Part shown: positions 61,001 to 64,000 of the stretch, in pieces
How positions within the stretch are numbered: the first letter of the stretch is position 1
Layout: the number at the start of each line of letters is the position of its first letter
Origin: Chloropicon primus
Lineage: Eukaryota
Assembly (NCBI GenBank): GCA_023205875.1
Contig: CP060761.1
Location: 620,001-684,000 of the forward strand
Length of the DNA: 64,000 nt
Direction: 5' to 3'
Made by a program: the position numbers and the translations under genes
Notes under the pieces: model-generated
Database searches by the model: none
What the model was told of the DNA's origin: nothing
What the model saw: only the letters and a program-made list of their open reading frames with translations

Positions 61001-64000
61001 ACACATGAATGTCGTCGTGCAGAACGGGAACAGCGGCCAGAACCAAAGGATGGGAAACAGGTCCCACCCAGAAGCGCTGATTCTGCCAGTGCTGGCCCAC
61101 CCAACTTGAGAGCACTCCTACATTCATCATGGTGTGTCGCACCAAAGCATGAGCATTGGTTCCTTGGAACGCAAATGCACTCACACCAGAGGCATGTGTA
61201 GACTCACTCCAAGTCAAACCATTTTGCTCACGGCACAAATGACCCATGCGAGCTCCTTGCGCAGATTGAGATCCTCCCAAAATACGCGTCAGATGAGGGT
61301 TAATGTGACGCAAATGAAGCACAGGAGATGTTGTTCTATGGCATGTGCCATGAATAGCATGGATCAGGCCAACAGCTCCAGCAGCAGGCTCAGTGTGACC
61401 CACGTAGGTCTTGCCCGCCTGAACACTGAGAGGCGCAGTTCCCTCCAAATCAGCACTTCTGGATTGCAAAAGCACCGCGTGGGCTGCACCAATCTCAATA
61501 GGGTCTCCGAGCGGAGTACCCGTACCATGCATGTTAAGGATAGCCACAGAGGAGCTTGCCAAAGAAGCCCTCTGCATTGCACTGGATATAACCTTTTGTT
61601 GTGCAGGGCCGTTTGGTGCAGTCAAGGCAGATGAGCGACCATCTTGGTTCACAGCAGATCCTGCAAAGCACACCACATGGCCTCCTGTCTCAGCAGACTT
61701 GCCTTCTGCGTCAAGCAACAAAACACCACAAGCTTCTCCACGCACATATCCATCGGCATCTGCATCGAGGGTCTTGCACCTGCCATCAATGGCCAACATA
61801 CCAGCCTGCTTGAACACAACACCAGTATCAGGAGCCAAGGTCAGGTTCACACCACATGCAAGTGCCATAATGCACTCCCCAAGCAACAGACTGTCACATG
61901 CCACATGAGATCCTACTAAAGAAGAGGAGCAGGCAGTATCTGTGCTGATTGCAGGACCTTGTAAACCGTATGCATACGAAACACGACCTGCAGCAACACT
62001 CAATGCGTTACCTGTTCCTGCATAAGGACTCACATCAGTCAGGTAATGCGACATGACCTTACTGTAGTCCATGCTCGAAATTCCAACAAAAACACCCACT
62101 AAGGACGACCTTGTAGGCATTGGTGTCAAAGCTTCCCAAGCACTTTGCAGGAGAAGTCTCTGTTGAGGGTCCATAAGCATTGCTTCGCCTTGAGACATGC
62201 GTAGACATTCTGAGTCAAACATCTCAACTTGGCATATCAATGCACCGAAGTATGCCCCCATAGGACCAGCACGCCATGCAATAGATTCTGCATCTGCACG
62301 CTCATACACTGCACTGCAATCCAAACCACACGTCTCCTCAAGGGTACGCATCTTTCCTGGAGCACGACTAGACACCGATGACACATATATCAACATGTCC
62401 TCGGAGATCTTGCCACCGGGAATGCCTTGCGCAACGGTCTGCTCTTCCATTTCATACACAGCGTCTTCAGGAGCCAGTGTCTCGCTGATGAACCCTGCGA
62501 CTGCATTGATGTTTGGATAATCAAACACCAAAGTAGTGGGCAATTCCACACCCATGCTCTGTTGAACCGTGTTATGAAGCTCCACAGCTCCTAAGGAGTC
62601 CAAACCTGCATCCAAGAGCGGCTCATCCCCACCAACTTCACGGCCGAGAACGTCTCCAACAACACCTGTGAGGTAAGTTTCAATCTGGGACGTGCGCTCG
62701 TTTTCTGAAAGCTTTGCAAGCTGTGCAGCAAAGCCAGTCTGACCTGAAACAGATTTACTACCATCAGTTTCAAGCGCATCTCTTTCTACTTCACTGAAGA
62801 AAGCAGGAACAGAAGGCATCAATTTCAGGAAGCGGCCCCATGAGATTGGTGCTGCCGCTACCAAAGGCAAAGACATGCCAGCACTGACACTATCATTGGC
62901 GGATCGCAAGATACTTCCCAAAACACACAAACCTTCAACTGACGTCAAAGATTGCATGCCAACACGTTCCAGTCTCGAGGACGTAGAGGAAGACTGCAGA
63001 GCCATTCCTCCACCAGACCATGCTCCCCACTGAATGCTGGTGGCACAGCCTCCCTGAGACTCCATGGCGCTGGACCACGTGTCCAAGTAGGCATTGGCTG
63101 CACTGTAGTTGGATTGACCCGCTGAGCCTAGCAACGACGCTATGGAAGAGAACAACAGTTGAGAGGAAACACTGTGACCCCAAGAGCGCGCATGCAAATG
63201 ATGCAAGGCATCCACCTTGGGTGCAAAGACAGTGCGTACACTCTGCATGCTCTGAGATCCCAAAAGCATATCAGACAGCAAGCCTCCAGCATGCATCACT
63301 TGAGCCAAAGGCATGTCAAGGCCTGGCCACGACAAAGCACTGCTGCACTCCTCCTGGGAGCCTGCATCGCATCTAATGGCACAGAACACTGCACTGCTCG
63401 ATGGATCTTGCAAACTCAACAAGGCAGACTTGGATTTGTCCATGTCAACAGGCAACCTGTAATGACCAGAACGTCCGGCAAGCCTGAGATCAGGGGTCAT
63501 GTGTTGGGCAGCCCACTGACCCATAAGGGATCCAAGGGCACCCAAACCACCTGTCACAAAAGAGCAACCAGACTCCTGCATACTCAACAGACTTGTGGTG
63601 CCAAGACCCTGGCTCACAACAACCTTGCCAACATGCTTAGCACCAGCCAGCCAACGGAGGGCAGCTTGAACGCCGTTCAGTGTATGAGAAGTACTTCTCA
63701 GCCCTGACACGGCACCCTCTGCAATACCACCAGCAAGACGGCACAGTGCCTGGTGTGTCCTGGCAGGAGGCAAGAAGTCCACCGCCAAAAGACTGTAAAC
63801 CACATCAGGACGCTCCCGGTGTACACCAGATGGACTCCAAATGTCGCGCTTACCAATCTCCACCAACTGACCACCAAGGTGCAAGCAAGATAAACTTGCT
63901 CCGACCATACCTGATGATGTCAGCGAGTTGAGAATCAAGCCCATGCCTTCCACCTGTCCATTGTAAGCCGTTTGTCCCAAATCAGCATACCTGGTCGATC
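55023..64000 (-). CDS. Modular type I polyketide synthase, 3' part: (ER)-KR-ACP / KS-DH-ER-KR-ACP / TE-TE; 5' end lies outside the window
   Basis: KS MDPQQR, DTACSSS, HGTGT and GHTEPAAG. DH HRVMGRVLFP. ER LVHAAAGGIG. KR GGLGALG and NYSAAN. ACP GLDSLG twice. TE-like ALSTG..GDHFF and GWSAG..GDHFT. No AT motif (GHSxG). Confidence 0.96.
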   Translation of the reverse strand, partial: STRYADLGQTAYNGQVEGMGLILNSLTSSGMVGASLSCLHLGGQLVEIGKRDIWSPSGVHRERPDVVYSLLAVDFLPPARTHQALCRLAGGIAEGAVSGLRSTSHTLNGVQAALRWLAGAKHVGKVVVSQGLGTTSLLSMQESGCSFVTGGLGALGSLMGQWAAQHMTPDLRLAGRSGHYRLPVDMDKSKSALLSLQDPSSSAVFCAIRCDAGSQEECSSALSWPGLDMPLAQVMHAGGLLSDMLLGSQSMQSVRTVFAPKVDALHHLHARSWGHSVSSQLLFSSIASLLGSAGQSNYSAANAYLDTWSSAMESQGGCATSIQWGAWSGGGMALQSSSTSSRLERVGMQSLTSVEGLCVLGSILRSANDSVSAGMSLPLVAAAPISWGRFLKLMPSVPAFFSEVERDALETDGSKSVSGQTGFAAQLAKLSENERTSQIETYLTGVVGDVLGREVGGDEPLLDAGLDSLGAVELHNTVQQSMGVELPTTLVFDYPNINAVAGFISETLAPEDAVYEMEEQTVAQGIPGGKISEDMLIYVSSVSSRAPGKMRTLEETCGLDCSAVYERADAESIAWRAGPMGAYFGALICQVEMFDSECLRMSQGEAMLMDPQQRLLLQSAWEALTPMPTRSSLVGVFVGISSMDYSKVMSHYLTDVSPYAGTGNALSVAAGRVSYAYGLQGPAISTDTACSSSLVGSHVACDSLLLGECIMALACGVNLTLAPDTGVVFKQAGMLAIDGRCKTLDADADGYVRGEACGVLLLDAEGKSAETGGHVVCFAGSAVNQDGRSSALTAPNGPAQQKVISSAMQRASLASSSVAILNMHGTGTPLGDPIEIGAAHAVLLQSRSADLEGTAPLSVQAGKTYVGHTEPAAGAVGLIHAIHGTCHRTTSPVLHLRHINPHLTRILGGSQSAQGARMGHLCREQNGLTWSESTHASGVSAFAFQGTNAHALVRHTMMNVGVLSSWVGQHWQNQRFWVGPVSHPLVLAAVPVLHDDIHVCTYSQLMRPSLQWIWDHRVMGRVLFPGAGFMETACALVAVAHQGSLPGAAVQASIAAPLMLPVSPTDDSTSAPLYLESKIWCLTGELQIGSSSSMSGPSGGSVHMRSLASRLVSEIVSADAVTDTNVSIDCTRSLCQGPLDWSQVRQGLALAGLQYGPQFSGAWNVRVKTGRAAQGCMKSIPEHLPGDHDESGMMVHPAALDGCLQLAAVMHVGSDSAESSGMSGGAYVPAGFGAFSVPQKTHDLHMYALAESVAPPSGSQSVITNHVLQRKSGAPVAVLSELEARQMGARPVGRAQAVTEKKDLLYEVSWQCDSVVLPSSSSLQGHDLSRFTILLEQDQSEIAFEVHPGLGVNASMLVTQAVMALLQQLPESVTGASKLVALVLGCLPAAWSSSSSSLSNWSFGSMLGLMRTLAQERPRQAMHDVDLDMYAPSDVSAQSLTTSLHDLEAAIRQNTWLQSRLLHGRVSSSLSYSQLVPSPRGSLSSLAAHKLDSDAGGEGMVFLQVMAVGLNFRDVLNVLGAYPGDPGPPGSDMSGIVSDVWDTRHLHDAPDALQVGIRVAGLAPGCLGSHAYTLHQLVVPIPKAASFVEACTMVTVFMTVDVAMCHAASLPSNAGQAVLVHAAAGGIGLAACQVVHALGGEMWATAGSSLKRHLLRSMGVQHVVSSRSTRYADLGQTAYNGQVEGMGLILNSLTSSGMVGASLSCLHLGGQLVEIGKRDIWSPSGVHRERPDVVYSLLAVDFLPPARTHQALCRLAGGIAEGAVSGLRSTSHTLNGVQAALRWLAGAKHVGKVVVSQGLGTTSLLSMQESGCSFVTGGLGALGSLMGQWAAQHMTPDLRLAGRSGHYRLPVDMDKSKSALLSLQDPSSSAVFCAIRCDAGSQEECSSALSWPGLDMPLAQVMHAGGLLSDMLLGSQSMQSVRTVFAPKVDALHHLHARSWGHSVSSQLLFSSIASLLGSAGQSNYSAANAYLDTWSSAMESQGGCATSIQWGAWSGGGMALQSSSTSSRLERVGMQSLTSVEGLCVLGSILRSANDSVSAGMSLPLVAAAPISWGRFLKLMPSVPAFFSEVERDALEADGSKSVSGQTGFAAQLAKLSENERTSQIETYLTGVVGDVLGREVGGDEPLLDAGLDSLGAVELHNTVQQSMGVELPTTLVFDYPNINAVSSYISGEIKTIESVDIEEDVKEEVLFIPSNVDATMRLYCLAYAGGVSEQIFAEWSLYLPASIQICPIELPGHGRRFHESASSDVHSIAENLATNLAFDKPCAFFALSTGAIIMYETIVWLVDHGETEKLDNIMALFPAACPAPHVFPFFVQRMFASKDEGDLRGITNLSYDFDSSIAELMEYMDELPKDTVLDVLEKTSVFSGIDKLRQSDDLYNFIMPGILCDSKLCLSYRPKNKKPLPMPIMCLYGESDTTLGYNDVLSWQHYTSHVYKIFKMDGDHFFINTIAAKLKSIHLVADHLVGIHDQFVKEKAVQKHVPRIQNVAASSYQSDSMLSESTPIVLLISPGLSEEDVVQIRSFMTWTSRGVYTLSGSTDKPVAQLAAEYLFQVLSMKLQGPFIIMGWSAGAIVAYDLAVKLEQQSYFVEKLVLMDGLHPVQLRDFGACAQLPFEEKAEFVMQRVLQRHYMWPRFSKTWPDMTPDQRMEEFLEIYSAIIGRDFGKDLFHESIEYMESWWNFGALRPQEYNVTSKLERGTLLYFRPMVRGGLPLVDDLFNIDFHHVIGWHEHCNNFQIVDVPGDHFTMLPSAKFENLPFWRTVFKTFVEWHHNEGGILQDRLRAFLPGKNGKGKYGKKKKLLLRPAPAPAGEDQAPKSTILGCIPAQNGGDVSGDGGGGKTTVLGCIPVAQPKWMKKMAAHANGNGRPEASSSGESTSETVDEELDYESEEALRWLRARMAEGDVSQEDQDILQEFLGTIDKKLVVELVGELKAADQVLSIETLTSLPERAQEILAEALGINQSSISRMARLSNRTRTLRIVIKSFLKTRK
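57502..64000. repeat. Near-identical PKS module duplication with 5001-bp offset (57502-58999 vs 62503-64000)
   Basis: The two stretches align at a constant offset of 5001 with only a few substitutions seen. Alternative-frame track ORFs recur at the same offset (57590/62591, 58019/63020, 58679/63680). Confidence 0.95.

Overview
Eukaryotic nuclear DNA from a compact, gene-dense green alga. Evidence: GT-AG introns with CTGAC branch points, TGTAA poly(A) signals after several stop codons and GC-rich third codon positions. A chlorophyte picoalga such as Chloropicon fits, but this is not verified. About 27 protein-coding genes were found, 9 rebuilt by hand across introns: JmjC protein (cut by the window edge), ZMYND10-like, SAP protein, serine racemase, PSMG4-like, RuBisCO-like protein-cupin fusion, F-box-like/ankyrin-repeat protein, DNAAF1, ATG5, HPD-motif protein, NlpC/P60-like, IQ protein, membrane coiled-coil protein, SAM synthetase, HSP70, secreted two-module protein, GH5 mannanase, two bHLH factors, LRR receptor kinase, cytochrome b5-fused fatty acid hydroxylase, RRP42, NOA1, LysM protein, Ku70, small ankyrin protein, DDM1 and the 3' end of a giant AT-less modular PKS. 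No rRNA, tRNA or CRISPR array was seen. Top leads: (1) a form IV RLP fused to a methylsulfurylase-type cupin, resembling the bacterial MTA-isoprenoid shunt in one algal polypeptide; (2) a 20-unit ankyrin-like array with hypervariable codons between conserved anchors behind an F-box-like motif; (3) a degenerate, oriented promoter motif in outward-facing pairs about 255-280 bp apart with a ~180 bp repeat period, including two long foldback elements; (4) a secreted precursor whose two homologous modules each end in Gly; (5) a non-RD LRR receptor kinase; (6) near-identical 5001-bp PKS modules ending in two thioesterases. All family assignments come from motif recognition, not database searches.
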